DNA from: Octopus sinensis
Lineage: Eukaryota
NCBI RefSeq assembly: GCF_006345805.1
Contig: NC_042998.1
Coordinates: 194,618,001 to 194,682,000 of the forward strand
DNA: 64,000 bases
Direction: 5' to 3'
This document shows, piece after piece, positions 15,701-30,400 of this stretch. A program made the translations under genes and the position numbers. Positions within the stretch are counted from its first letter, which is position 1; each line of letters begins with the position of its first letter. The notes beneath the pieces were generated by a model. It saw only the letters and a program-made list of their open reading frames with translations, was not told the origin of the DNA and did not search any database.

Positions 15701-18700
15701 AAAATTTTTTTTAATTAAGGTATGTAATAAACAAAAAAATCTTACCTCTGTTGTTCAGCCATAGCACGCAACTGAGCACCAATTGCTGCAATCAGAAAAG
15801 GAAGAGTTAAAGTTTCAAAAAAGAAGTTAGACACAATTACAATATTTATGTAAATTGAATTCATCAGTCCACTAAGAATAAGTCTGTCAATTCAGTTATC
15901 TCATTAAAAATTTTCCAACGCTTTGCTGATTGCATCAATATCTTACATGACAAGGAGCCAAAGAATTAAACCAACAATATATAATTTTAAAATTATAAAC
16001 ATAAAAAAATAAACTTGCATTGTTCAGTGAAGTGACACTGATTATAAATAATAAATCTGGATAAGAATATTAAAAACCATAATTTTGAAAGATACGAGAC
16101 TTGAAACCTCCAGTCACTACCACCACCATAGTTCATGAATGAGTGAATTCAAAATTTATTAGTAAGTAACAAAGAAGCCCCATAAAAACCACTAAGGTAA
16201 ACTGATCAAAATTCTGAATTTCATTAACAGATTAATAGATGACAAAAATTTATTCAAACTATTTGTATGTTGAATGCAAATGTATATGACTTAATGACAA
16301 TGTGTTAATACAAAATAAAACCAAGACACTAAGAAATATTTCAGGTAAATCAATGAAGAACCAGTACAACTTGGTGGTATTAAAACTTGAAGGAATGAAG
16401 ATATCTAAATAATTTAATAGGTAAAGCGCAGCTTGTAATTGAACATTTGAAGTGTTGTGAAAGCATTATAAGCTAATTCTAAGTTGCAGGTGTCAAAAGC
16501 AAAAACCACTAATTGGCAGATAATTTATATAAGTTATCTAATAGTTTAACCCTTCTGATACCAACCTTACTCAGACTGGCCCTGGTTCTATGATACAAAC
16601 CGTCTCGTGTTTAAAAGCCATTCTAAATTAAAACTTTATGTCAAAATTTCATGCTAATTTGTTCAACACACCAGTTTAGTAATCACAAAGTTATTTTACT
16701 AAATTATTTTCAAAATGAATTAAAGCAAAAGCAGTGTATTTCAATATAAATAGAATAACAAATTATTTAAGGACTAATTCCATAAATAAAAAGTAAATGA
16801 AAAAAAGCAGTAATGAAATCAATACAGAACAGTTAATTCTAAACAAGAAGATGTAAAGATAAAAATATGAAGTGCTTTAAAGTGCAACTAAATAAATTTG
16901 CAAAAATAATGTACAAATGTCAAACCAGCCTAATTCAAAATTTCTTAGTAAATATCTTAATTGCATATTAAAAGATGTTAAATGATTTCTTTAAAATACT
17001 TCCTCAAATGTAAAATATAATACAGAATAAAAGTTGAAATACAGTATCAGAAAAACCTGCAAATAAAAATACAATTAAAATGGCAACACTTCAAAATAAA
17101 ACATTGCACCTATTTAATAGGCATAATAGGTTCTATAAGGAAAGGGTGGGGGTGTAGTTTTAAAAAAAACCTTAATATAAACTACAATGTCTGATGGTCC
17201 ACAACACCACAATATGATTAACTATATTTTCTCAAAAATTAACCTATGCAATACTTAGTGGCTGATGGAAAATGCAAAGAAATAACTACTGTGCAACTAA
17301 TAACTTACGATCATTTATCGCAGCAGGTGTCTTCTTTACATCGGGTTCACCTGAAAGAAAATTTTTGAAAGCAATTTAATCAATTGCCTTTCAAGTAATA
17401 ATTAAAAAAAATATGTAAACAAGAATTATTTTAAATCTATTACAAGTAGCTGTTCATGAAAACACTAATGATTATGTAATGCTAAATTTGCTGATTCAAG
17501 AAAAATACTTTAATTATAAAAATCTATCTCATGAAAATTTGTGACGAAGCTAGTTATTCAGTTGAACTAATAATTATAATAAATGGTAATAAAGCTTCTA
17601 TAGAAACTTTCTTCACCTAGTCCAAATACTGATCCTCTCCAGTCAAGACAATCTTAACATAACACACCAAGAAAATGCACATGGTAGTCACTAATATAAA
17701 TACAATAATCAGCCACAACTTTTGATATATCATGGCTTTCATCATTTAACTTTCATGGGTTGAACAGTCTGACAGGATCGGATGAGCAAGGAGTACATTG
17801 TACTTCAGCATCAGCTTGGTTTCTACAGCCGGACGCCCTTCCTAATGCTATCCACCTTACAGTATGTACTAGATAATTTTTTTTCATGTTACCAGCACTA
17901 GTGAGACAACAAAGTAGTTTACAAAACCATGAACCCCAATGAGGTAACTTTATACTAGGTGAGTGGTCAGAAAGGGGAGAGAAGGGGCCAGAGCAGAACA
18001 GGTTTTTCATTGCACAGGTGCTACATTATATGCATTTTTGAAGAGAGGGCGGAAGTGGTGAAATGGAGTTGGAAAGAATGAAAAAGAAATTTAGTTAATA
18101 AAAAGTTAGGGTGATAGGAATGAGTGGGACGGGGGTAGGGGAAGAAAGAAAATTTGGTGGCTCAGTTGGAGGTGGCCAATGAAAGTGCAAGTGAACAGTA
18201 TTAATAGATAACTAGCGAAATGATTCTAGATTGAAAGAAAATGGGACAGAGGTCTCCATTTTGTGTGTGTGTGCACACACACACACACAGTTCTACCAGA
18301 ATTGGGCTTTGCCAAAGTGAACAGGCTATGAGATTTGCACATTAGTCATCCTCATCCTGTCATCACCTCAGAGAAGTTCTAGGTTCTGAGGCCAGTCTTT
18401 ATCACTTCATTCCAGGTCTTCCTGTCTGGAGCTTGTCTTATGCAATATCCACCCAATTTAAGTGAAACTTTTTTTTAATACAGCTGTCCTATTATTAATA
18501 GTAAAATTTTATTCCACCATTTAGGAATGTACAAATGACCGAAAAGTCATCAAGGTCTTTGAAAATGTCAAGACATCTCAGGACTTTTCATACTCATTTC
18601 TTTTTCAAAACATGAGAAAACTAAACAAAAAACCCAAAATCATGGAATTTTGAGTTTAACCAGTCTACCATTCACACTCAAAAGAATATTGCAGACACTT

Positions 18701-21700
18701 CAATGTCAAAAACTATAAGATCCGATTTGTCAGTTGAATCAACATTTTAGGCAATATGGCTCAGTTACTTGCTATGATGTACAAGACCATGTACAGTAGG
18801 TTCACAGATAAATCATAAACATGTAAGACTGTTGAAGAACCAGAAACATCTTTTAGCAAATGCTCTGACCGGTTGAGGATAGCGTGGATGCCACAACATC
18901 GCATTTTGAGAGATGATTTGTACTGCTTCCGATAAAGTATAATTGGTACAGAAATTGTAAATGACAGATCAACAATGCTTAAATTACAATCCAAATTGAG
19001 AGGCTGGCTAATGATTAATTTGTTCAGAAGCTGATAAGTGATAAGGTTCATTTCCATTTGCTCTTTTAAAAGGCAGAACAATGGGACATAGGATTAGCGA
19101 ACTTCTAAAAATACCCATCAGCATGATTTGCATCCTTTCAAATGCACAGACTGGTGTAGCACAACTTCAAAAAACATTGGACCATAACTTTTTGAAGATG
19201 AAAATGACAATACAAGAAAAATAACTATTGAGCACTTTTGGTTCCATGATCAAGTCTTTTTTGTTACTAGCAGAGCAGAACAAACCAGAAATGTGCTTTC
19301 AACAAGCTAGAGTCACTGCTCACATGACCTGGACAATGATGGAGTTTCTAAAGCAAATTTTTTATAAAATAATTTTTTTTAAATCCTCAGATTTTATGGA
19401 CACGTCTTCTGATCTGACCCCCATCCCCAATTTTCTTCTTTCATATTTCAAGGAGTCTGTGTTCGTATCAATTAACCCCAGGCAATTCTACAACTCAAGG
19501 ATAATATCTGTGCAGAAATTCACCAGCCAAATTTAATGAACTACTGTTATGGTGAATGATATTAACAGAGAACATCTATGTTATGTAGTAAATGCAGGAC
19601 ATTTATGTTGTATATTTCACAATTAAATGAGAATATATTTCGAGTGTTTGAATTTTCAAAGATTTCAAAATCACTAGGTGGCCTCTGGGACACCGCATAA
19701 AATGCTTGGAAAAATAGCTAGCACAGAGTTTGCCTTTTCCAATAGACAAAATTCTTCAAACATATATACATGTTTACCTGTGTGCTATACACACTTATGA
19801 ATTGCATTACATTCCCAAAATGCCTTGCAAACGAACTCAAAAGCTTATATGCATATGTAAATTAACTGATATATATATATATATATATATGCACAACTTT
19901 CACACACACAAAATCAGATATGTATGTACATGCATGAATACAAAACGAAATCTGAACTTGTTGCCTCTCGTGGGAAAATTGACAAGGCATTGCTGATTGG
20001 TAATATACTGTGTATGTATGGCATCATTTTATACATCCACGTCCTAACTGCTATGAGTCTACATCACCAGCTTCTTTGATAGTATCACATCCCTCAAATA
20101 CAGGTTATCTATATCCACCTCCATGTCCCTCAAACTATCAATGCCTTTTATCCCTTATGTTCATCTCTCAATTACTCCCTACACTTCTCAATCACATTGT
20201 TCTACCACCATGCTGCCAGAGTGACTAACAATGGCACTGCATCTCCTCTTTTCATTGTACAGAGTGCTTCCAGAATAAATAAGGATGCTACTGCATCTCC
20301 CTGACTCACATCAATATACTAGGCACCTGTTATCCTTGTCACTCTAGCAGTCTTATCTATCTTGAATCATCAGTAGTCTCTTCAATATGATTCACAATAG
20401 ATATCCTACCTATACAACTCCACTGCCCAATTGCTATCAACATCCATTATTCAACCTCACCATTTATCCATCCCTTGCTGTCCATTCATATGTTCACTCA
20501 ATTGTGTTTAGTATGGAGACGAGAAGACTCTTCAGTTTTATTGAAAACAATTTACTCAATGTTGGCATCACATAAAATGTACCTGCTCTGTAAATTGGTG
20601 TTTGGAAGAGCATCTACAAATCAAGTCATTAAATAAAACTTGTGAATAGGATGTGGTAAACTAGCTCATCATGAAGTGTACCAACATCAGTTCAACCCAT
20701 CCCAACAAAGAAAGCTGACAAAGTTGTGTATGTGTGAATATGATTTTAAGTAGACATACACACAAACATCATTTCAATGTCCATTTTCCCATGCCTGCAT
20801 AGAGTCCTAGACAAGTTTTCTATGGCTTCATGCTGTTCCCATTGCCAACCTTTTACTAATTTCCAAGTACACAAACACTTGCAGACAATGACCTCGGACT
20901 ATCAGCTAAGGCACCACTAAACCTGAAGTCATGTGATTGGCAAATGAACTTTTTAACCACACGTGGTATGTGTATAGTGATAAAGGCCTGTCAAGTGAAG
21001 AAGATGGGTAATTCTACACAAACTCAGTTCAGCAAGATTCACCAATCAATCCCATTAATTATAAGAGTATGATAACAATCAGACTAAAAAGAATTACATT
21101 CTTACATAATTTTATTCAAAGGTTATGATTGTTTTGAATGGCTAGAGGAACTGTTTCATCACTACATATTGGTTTGTACACATAATTAAGCAAATAGCTC
21201 TCAATCAATCCTGTCAGAAAGTTATTGTGGCAGAGTTTTCAGAATTTCCCCAATCATCTTATACATAGTATGAATCAAGAAGTTCCCATCCTGATAATTC
21301 AGTAGATGGAAGTTGTAGATAACTAAAATATCAAATTACCTTCTTTGATTTAATATAAAACTTTCTAATGCCATCATACCCAATGACTGGCATAGCAGAA
21401 GTAATAGAATTACAAGGGTTTCAAGTCACAAAAATTAGTTATAGATCAGAATGAATGAGATGCATTATGGTCTTGTGTTCAGAAGCACCCTTGATGCCCC
21501 CTTTTCTTGTAAAACAGTTGCAGATGTATTTAGTTAAGTAAGCCAGTGTATGTGGTATTCACTGACTTGGAGAAAATCATCAATAGGGTCATATCAGCTG
21601 TGATATGGCGGTCACTGAAGAAGTCAGAACTAAGATAAATGGTATGGTAGAGCCATGCAGGCCATGTACAGGGATGCTTTAGTCAGTAATGTAAAATGAA

Positions 21701-24700
21701 TTTAGTTCATCAGGAAACCCCCTCCTATTCACCATGGTCCACAAGGCAATAAAAGAGAACTTTAAGACCAGTTGCCTTTGGTAACAACCATATGCTAATG
21801 ACTTCATAATGGGAAATATAGTAGAATTAGAAAAGGAATAACTGGTATGGAAGAAAATCTGGAATCAACGGGCCTTATGAAGTTAACATAGCAAAGACCA
21901 AAATTCTAGTTGGCAGGAAAACAGACAAGACTCTACTCCCTTCAAGAAAATAACCCTAAACAATGTGTAGGAAAGGCGTAGGAAGAAATTCCATATGGTG
22001 TATTCAGTGCAAGTAATGGAGCCAAGAAAAGCAGTAGAATTGCAGAAAGGATACGAGAAAGAAGACTATGAGGCAGATGTGAAGAAGATTTTCAGAATGC
22101 CCAGGATGTGAATTTCTATTACCTAGGTAATCTAATAAGCAGAGGATGTTCTAGAATAAAAACAGAGAGAAAAGTTCAGGAAGCTTTTACAAAAGGTCTT
22201 TTTCTCTGATGAAATGCAGATTGTATATGAACACATTATGTAGTTGTGAAGATGGGCCCTTGAATGCAGAAAGGAACAGAATGCTGTTGGATGTGCAATG
22301 TCAGTGTGTATTTAAGTAGTGAAGGATGATAAATATGAGACAAAGGACCGAGATGATAGGCAATTTGCTGTGCCCAAGAAGACCCATCCAGCACAGCAAA
22401 AGTGAGACCCAAAAAGTATTATGTTTATACACTGACTATCCCTTGCTCCTGCTCCCAATCTGTCCCTACCAATCCCTCACTGCCTCTCAGCTTCTAGCAT
22501 CCATTTCTCTGTCACGCTTCTAACTTGAGTCCTACTCAGCTGCTGTGATCATGAGAGCAGAATTTGCACATATTTCATTCTGTTTTTTACAACTAGTTAA
22601 CTCTTCTTAGAACAACTTATGTAACTCATTCATGTGCATCACACAACCAAACCACTAGTCTTCAAGCACATATCTGATTCCTCTTATGCCTAACTATTCT
22701 TTCAATACAAAATGTATAAAGCTAATAAGCCTTACTTTTAGAGTATAGACTACTTCACTCAAAAAAAGGTGTAATAAAACTAAAATGAATAGAATCATCA
22801 AAGTTGTGTTATCTTCATCATTTCAGGTTTTATGCTGGTATGGGTTAGATGTATGTATATATGTAAAGAAAAATGGTTGGTAAGATGATATTTTATCAAG
22901 GTGGTGAACTGGCAGAAACGTTAGCATGCCAGGCAAAATGGTTAGTGGTATTTCATCGGCCGTAACATTCTGAGTTCAAATTCCGCCAAGGTCGACTTTG
23001 CCTTTCATCCTTTCAGGGTCGATGTCATCCCTTTGTCTGTCCTTGTTTGTCCCCCCTATGTTTAGCCCCTTATGGGCAATAAAGAAATAAGATATTTTAT
23101 CTGTATCTGTTTAATTTATATTTGTATTTTGCTGTTAGTGAAGCTTCCATAGCTGTTTGCATTTTTTTGCTTTTGGAATTGTCAAGTTAGTGTACCCAAT
23201 TTAATTTTGCATACATTACGAGGTGTGACATAACCTTCTTGCAAATGCATCTCCAACTGATGTATAGATGCTCTGTACTTGAGTGCCTAATGCAACAATG
23301 GGTTCAAATTTTGGCACAAGCTCAGCAATTTCGGGGGAGGAGGTTAATCCAACTGCATCACCAGTAGTATTTGAACAGCATAAAGATGAACAAAAATGCT
23401 ACTAAACATTTTGTCCAGTGTCCTATAGATTCTGCCAGCTTGCTGTCTTGAGTGTCTCATGTAATAATAACCCCTTACTAAAAAAAAAAAAAAAAAAAAG
23501 CTGGCAGCTAAAATAATGACCCAATTATGTCTTTATCCAATCCATGCTAGCATAGAAAGAAGAAAGCCATCAGTATGTCTAATTTATTAGCAAGTGAAGC
23601 TTCTTATAAGTTATTCCAAAATTTAAATGAAATATTTATGCATATGCCTGAAGACATGCAGCATTTAAGCAGAAGTATTAACCCATTTGTTACTATGGTA
23701 GCCATGGATGGCTGAGAATTTTATTGGCGAATGTTGCCAAGTCAACCAAATGGCTGAACTAACTTAGTTATATTTAAATGAAAATTTTAGTTAGTACATT
23801 TGTGAAAACATGATTTCACAATGTAAATGAGTCAGTGTCCAAAATTATTTCACATTATATGCGAGTTCTGAAAATTTTTGTAGTTTTCTTCTTAATTTTT
23901 TTCTACTTCGATTTTCTAGGATGTTTCACTATGAATGAAAACTGGATACCAGTTTCATGTTGTCAAGCAGTTTGTTTGTATCTGAAGTATTTGCAAAAGA
24001 AGACATAGGAAAGTCTAAGAAAATATAACATAAAAACCATGTGATTATGAATCGGATATTTCTTTTTGGAAAGAAAAACAATTCCGACAACAGTTCCAAA
24101 AATGATTGAAAAAATTTTAAAAATTGTACCTGAATATAGTAAAATCTTTTTAATAGTTTATCTTTACCAGGTGGTGCTATTAAGTTAGGCATACTGGCTG
24201 AAAGTTAAAGTTATCTTTTTGATTATTTATTTTTTTTTTTTTTAACTTTTGCCTTTGAAGCAATTACTGTGGAAGCAAAACATTATGTAGATGATATTGA
24301 TGGAAAAAATATAGTTTGAAGTTTCCCACATACTTGGAAGAAAGAAATCCAATTATCTTAGGGATATTGTGTTTGTGTGTGTATAAATTCGATTTAAATT
24401 TTGAATTTACCTGTAATTAGATTCGCTTTGAGACATTTATGAAACATTTGGTTAAGAATGTTTTGTTAAATTATGTTCTAAAAATCATGGTTGTCTTGAA
24501 AATGGTCTTATTACACTATGTTAGAATTTAATTGAAACAGTGAAATATGATTAATTTCAGAGATATGATTGGGTGCACCCACACCCTATTCATCTTTTCC
24601 AACAGGAGAACAATCTCTCACAATCATGTGTAAAATGTACATAACTACTGCAACCACCAACCCTGAGCCTACTATATTTCTCTCCATCATTTGCTAGTCA

Positions 24701-27440
24701 CCTCTATCCTGCTGACTCAACCAGTCCAAACCTGTGTCACTCATTCTCATCACCCACGAAGTTCTTCAAGTACATGTCCCGACAGATGTTCATCACCATC
24801 TTTCTAACTATTCCTATCTTACTCTCTAACTCATTCTCCTTTCTCTTCCAACTGGGGTATCCATGTATCTACTCTACAAGAAGACACACATCTCTGTCCC
24901 TCTATACCTTCGACATCTCATCAACTGATACAAAGCCACCCCACTCAACAGTACTCTCCCCTCCCTATTGTGGGTTCCCTCACCCCTTGTAAGTTATTTG
25001 GTGACCATCAGTGATGGTGCCATGTAAAAAGCACCTAGTATTCTGTAAAGTGGTTGGGCTAAGAAAGGAATCCAGCAGAATATGTTTATTTTCCATACTT
25101 GCATAGATTGGTTGTCTAAGCCAGTTTATATCAGAGTTACTACCCTTGAAGATGGGTCAGAGGCCTGTACCTCACTTGAACATTTTATTTTTGGCTTGGT
25201 ATCCTCAACTAGGTGGCCTTTCTATGGTTAACAACTTCACACTGCCCTAGGATCATGTCCATAACATTAGTGAGATTGCATTGTGCCCTTATCACTATGA
25301 TGCTTTCACTCACTCCAGGTTAAGTGGCTGAGAAGATGAATAGAAGCAGGAGAGATAAAAGAGCCAGGTGTATGGGGGGGGGGAGAATGATGGATAATAG
25401 AAATGCATAAATGATAAGAGTGAATGAGTGATGTTATTAGCCTAAAATACAATAGTTATATGAGAGGAGCTGATCAAACAAATCAGATGAGCCATTACCT
25501 GGTTGGTAATGATTAGGTGGTGATACATGGTTTGGTATATAGTAAACAAGAATATTGTGAATGTGTTTTTACTGTATATCAAACCAGGAAGGGATCAAAA
25601 GCAATTCGACCATCTGCAATTCTAAGTAGATGCACCAATGCAATTAAAGATAAACTAGCCATCAAAAAAATAACTGCTGGGAAAAAGGCAAAAGCCTGCC
25701 AGAAGTACATCTCACTGAATTCAGCCTATCTCCATTAAAAAAAGAAAAAAAAAAGATTGTTGTAAAGAATCTGTGCACTAAATGCCAACATTAGAAAACA
25801 ACTGTTTTAGTGTGCATTCTGCAAGGTTGCATTATGCAGAGTGGGATATATTGTAAGTTTCCATAACAGGAGTATTGTATAATTTGTATTTATCTAATTT
25901 TGAGTTTCATCAAATACTTTTTCAAATTTAGTGTTGTATTTATTCATTCTATTTACTTGTAAGGCAAGTGACTACTCCCGATTAATTTATATTTGTGAAT
26001 AATTATTGCGTATGTATGCATCTATGTGTGTGGATAATTCTTGTAGTTTCCTTTTGTCCTAAGTTCCAATATTTTGTATTTTTACCTTTATAGCACACCT
26101 GTTTTATGTATATTTTTAGTTGAATTGAAAATTTTATATGCACAATTCTTCTGTATTGAAATGTATACTCAGCTTCAAAAACAAAATTCATAATTTTACA
26201 ATTTGCTGGATTTACCTGTAATCTGATTCACTTAAAGAGAAATATTACATAATGGATTTAAAAAACTTTTTGTGCTCCAAAAATCATGTTTGTAAGTCAA
26301 TAGATAGAAATGTTAAAGCTGTTTATCAAATTGGTCTAAATTCATGACTTTTAGAATTCAATTGAAACACATGGGGTGTCTATTTTTGTTAGAATATAGT
26401 AACGAAAGGGCTTAAAAAAAAAAATGAACCATCAGACAAAGCAATTATAAAAAAATTTTTTAAATGAGGTATAAATGAAATGTCATGAAGTTATCTTATT
26501 TTCCAGTTTACAATGTTACAGTAAAGGATTTAAGAAACTAAGATGACCAGGTAAAAAAAAAACCTTAAAGTCACAAAGCAAAACAATGAAATCATCCCCA
26601 TTTCAAATATAAAATTGCACAAATAAGCTTCACTTAGAACTATTGTTATAAGTTTCTTATTTTGCTCTGATAAAATTACATTACGTACACAAAAAATCTT
26701 TTATAAAACTAGCTAGTTGTCCAACCATAACTATTTTCAATCAGTTTTAATCTAAGTATTTGAAGAATTTTGCCCAATTAAAGTCTAGAAGCAATTATAA
26801 ATGAAATATTTAATTGTTGCTTCTTCAGAAAACAAGTTGCTTTGTGCTGAACAGCAAGTTTCGAAAATATTTCATAAATTCAAGCCATGAATAGTAAAAG
26901 CAAAAAATTTTTTATATGAATACTTACCATATCCAGCTCCATCTTCAAAGGGTCTCTTGATACCCTGTCCATCTCCAGCAGGTTGGTTTATTTTGGCGGC
27001 AATCTGAGGAATAGCAAAATTAGTGTTATACATATTTGTCATACTTGAAAAATGCAACAAATTAAAATGTTTATACATGTGTGTATATGTGCAGACATGG
27101 TTATATATTTAAGAAGTTTGCATTATAGAGATAAAAACATATACAGGCTCTATGATATCCTCAACCCCCTATCTAATACATGTTTCAACTTGTGCCAAAT
27201 TGCACTTCCAACCAGCACTCACTCTAGGTTACCATTATGAACTAAAGACAGATTTCAAAAAGTTGAGGGTCTCTAAATGTTTATTTTGCTGCCATTTCCG
27301 AAAACTATGCCTGAGCCAACATGCAAAAATGTAGGCCAAAAGTTTTATTTTAGGAGCTTTATGGCATTTTAAAATTGGAACATATGCACAAATGGTAAGT
27401 GAACAGTGTCAAAATTTTACCAGTCAAAAATTCCCAATAT

Positions 27441-27488
<48 letters not shown>

Positions 27489-30400
27489 GCTTGAAAATGT
27501 TGATTTAAAAGAGGATTTTTTTTTATCCAATGAAGGAAAGAGACTAAAATATGGGTTTTATTCAAACTGTGATGATTTTGGGGAAAGGGAACTTGATGTT
27601 AGCAAATTTATCCCTAAAATCAGGAAGAAGTTACTCGACAAGAACTACAATGCAGAAAACCTAATTCATATCTAGCCCTTAGACTTGGATCTAATATAAT
27701 TAAGGTATCAACTTCTTTCATAGGTTCTTTCACATATCTAAAGGAGCATTATCTTGTAGAATGTCCTCTTACAATGCAATTTTTGCACCATGGTAGAGCT
27801 CGTTTCTGTTGCTGGTTAACTTCACATAAAATCCTGGTTAATGTGTCTAACAAATTTTCAGTCTGGCTCCCTAAAAAAATATCCTGAATATTCTAAGCAA
27901 CTTGTTACAGACCCCCACCAAACCAAATTCATCAAACTGACGAAGCCCACTGCTATTATTAAGCCTCAGTGAGTTCCCAAATGTGACCATCAACTTGCAC
28001 ACAGTATGTGTAATGCTGATCCAATTTAGTTCTGCTGGAAGAAATAGACAAAGACCAGTACATATACTTTGGTAATGTTTAACATTGATACAGAGCAGCT
28101 TCTTTCAATTTAATATGTACAGCACTGAAATACATTGTGACTTCACAATGCTCTAGAATGTGACTTCCAATGAGCTTTTAACCCTTTCATTACCAACCTG
28201 GCTGAAACCGGCTCTGGCTCTGTAGTACTAATGTCTTGTTTTCATAATTTTTGAATTAAAATCTTCCATCAAACCTTAGTCACAATTTATGTTCCTAACA
28301 CTAGCTGAATGATAACTAAGTTATTTTACTAAATTCTTTGTTATATTTAAAATAATTGGAAGAAACACAGAGCATCTCAAAATAAATACAGTAACAAAAG
28401 GATTAAATGCTATCAATATTCTGGGCCAAGCTTTAAAAAAAAAAACTAACCTTTAAAATTATATTAGTCTAATAATTAAGATATAGATCCAGTTCTTATA
28501 TTCTGTACACATAAGTTATTTATGAGAACCCCAAAAGGGAAAACCAACTCTCAATTTTTGGCATAAAATCATGAAGAACTGAGGCAGTTTACCAATATTA
28601 AGCGAGTAACCATCATCTGCACCAATACAAACAACATATAAACCTTATTTTATTCCAGAAGTTCTTGTCTGCAAAATTTACAGTAAACATTCCATTTCAA
28701 TATTCTACTTGCAGTTTAATGGTATCATCTATGTATTCATTTTAAAAAATTGCTACAGGTGACTACAACCATCTCATTGCAACTTTCTTCTTTCAAAATT
28801 ACTCGATACTCTTGAATTTCTTTCATTTGCAAAGATTGATACAGACATCAGAGTTGGCTATTTTCTACCTTCTTGTAAGAGATTGTTTACGTTACATTAC
28901 AAAAAGTATACACTTATTACAAAGACAGTATGCTACTGGACTAAACTACTGAGCAAGTTTTATCACTATGAAATCCAGGTATAGTTGACAGTTCAATTAT
29001 CCCCTTAGTTTGCCAAACTGTGGTGTCAGAATATCAAAATATTCAAGATAGGTCAAGTTACTTTTATACTTTACTCTCATCACTCAACCAAGATGCAGTA
29101 CATCTCTGCACATCTACTCTCCTTCAGTCATAGGGTCCACTTTCAGCTTTAATCCTGAAAATTTCAAGCTGCCTTCTTTATAGTTGGTGCCACACACAAA
29201 CACACAAAAGCACTCTGGAAAGTGGTTGGCATCAGGCAGTGCATGAAGCTTTAAAAGCTGCGCCAATGCAGATATTAGAACATAATAAAATCTTTTAACA
29301 ACGGATCTTATCAAGCTGTCCAACCGTGCATTTTGCCACGCTTGCATGGCCTGATGCTTTTCTCGTTGCCAACTCTCAAATGGTTTCACCCAAGGTAATA
29401 ATTCTTTGAAACAAGCAACCTATCAGTCAAAATATTGCAAACAAATGACACTGCTTGTATGATTGGTAGCTTGTTTACGATTATCATACAAATAGCAAGA
29501 TGAGGGCAAGGCACACAGGCATACCAGTATCTTTTCAGCAAACTGAACAGGGATATAAACAAACCGTCATCAGTTCTAAGACGAGCAACAAACAGGCAGA
29601 CGTATATACACATTTCAAAAGCACAAAGCTGGGCGAAGGAAGAGAGAAAAATGAAACATTTGTATATTTATATGTAAAGGTCGTTGAAACGGAGGGATTA
29701 ATGCAGTTAGACGGATAAATAAATAAAAGAAAAAGTTCAAAATTTAAAATTGGGGGAGGGGATGAAATTTGAGCCCTTTATTAAACTTTATAACATTATT
29801 ATTTACGATTATAAACACAAGTAAAACACAAATTCTTTTCATTTTAATGTTTTTGTCTAATTTCGATTTGCACATGTTCGTCAATTCGCTACGATCTCTT
29901 TAAAGTAAAAGAATCAGAAATTTAAATGGGAGGGGTTTTGTTTTTGCATATTCGTAATCTCCGACACCTTAATGGGGGTTAATGCAGTTTCGCACCTCTC
30001 CTTGAAAAAATACATCTTTTGGAAAGAGTTTTTCCGGATTCTTGACGTCGGAGATTACGAATATGCAAAAAATTGTTTTTTTAATTTCATCCCATCCCCG
30101 CCCAATTTAAATTTTTTATTTTGTTTACTTTCAAGAGATCGTAGAAAATTGATGAACACATGCAAATCGAAATTAAATAGACAAAAACATTAAAGTGAAA
30201 AGAATTTACGTTTTACTAGTGCTTGCCTTAAATAATAATTTAATGTAAATGAGTTTAATAAGGGGCACAAATTTCACCCCTTCCCCCAATTTTAAACCTT
30301 CTCATCCATTTATTTATTATCTATTTATCCCTGTCCGTTTATTCATAAAATATATTTGTCAACTCATTCATATCTATCTCTTTATATACATAATGCTTAT

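Noticed and set aside
29025-29083. Possible C/D-box snoRNA (GTGATGA...CTGA) in intron 1
   Set aside because: Only 58 nt, weak terminal stem, no recognisable rRNA guide
29114-29389. 91-aa minus-strand ORF as an alternative FUBP start
   Set aside because: No FUBP similarity; the true exon 1 at 36303 supplies the ARQ junction
29520-29580. Minus-strand CTGATGA...GAAA
   Set aside because: No stems II/III or NUH site
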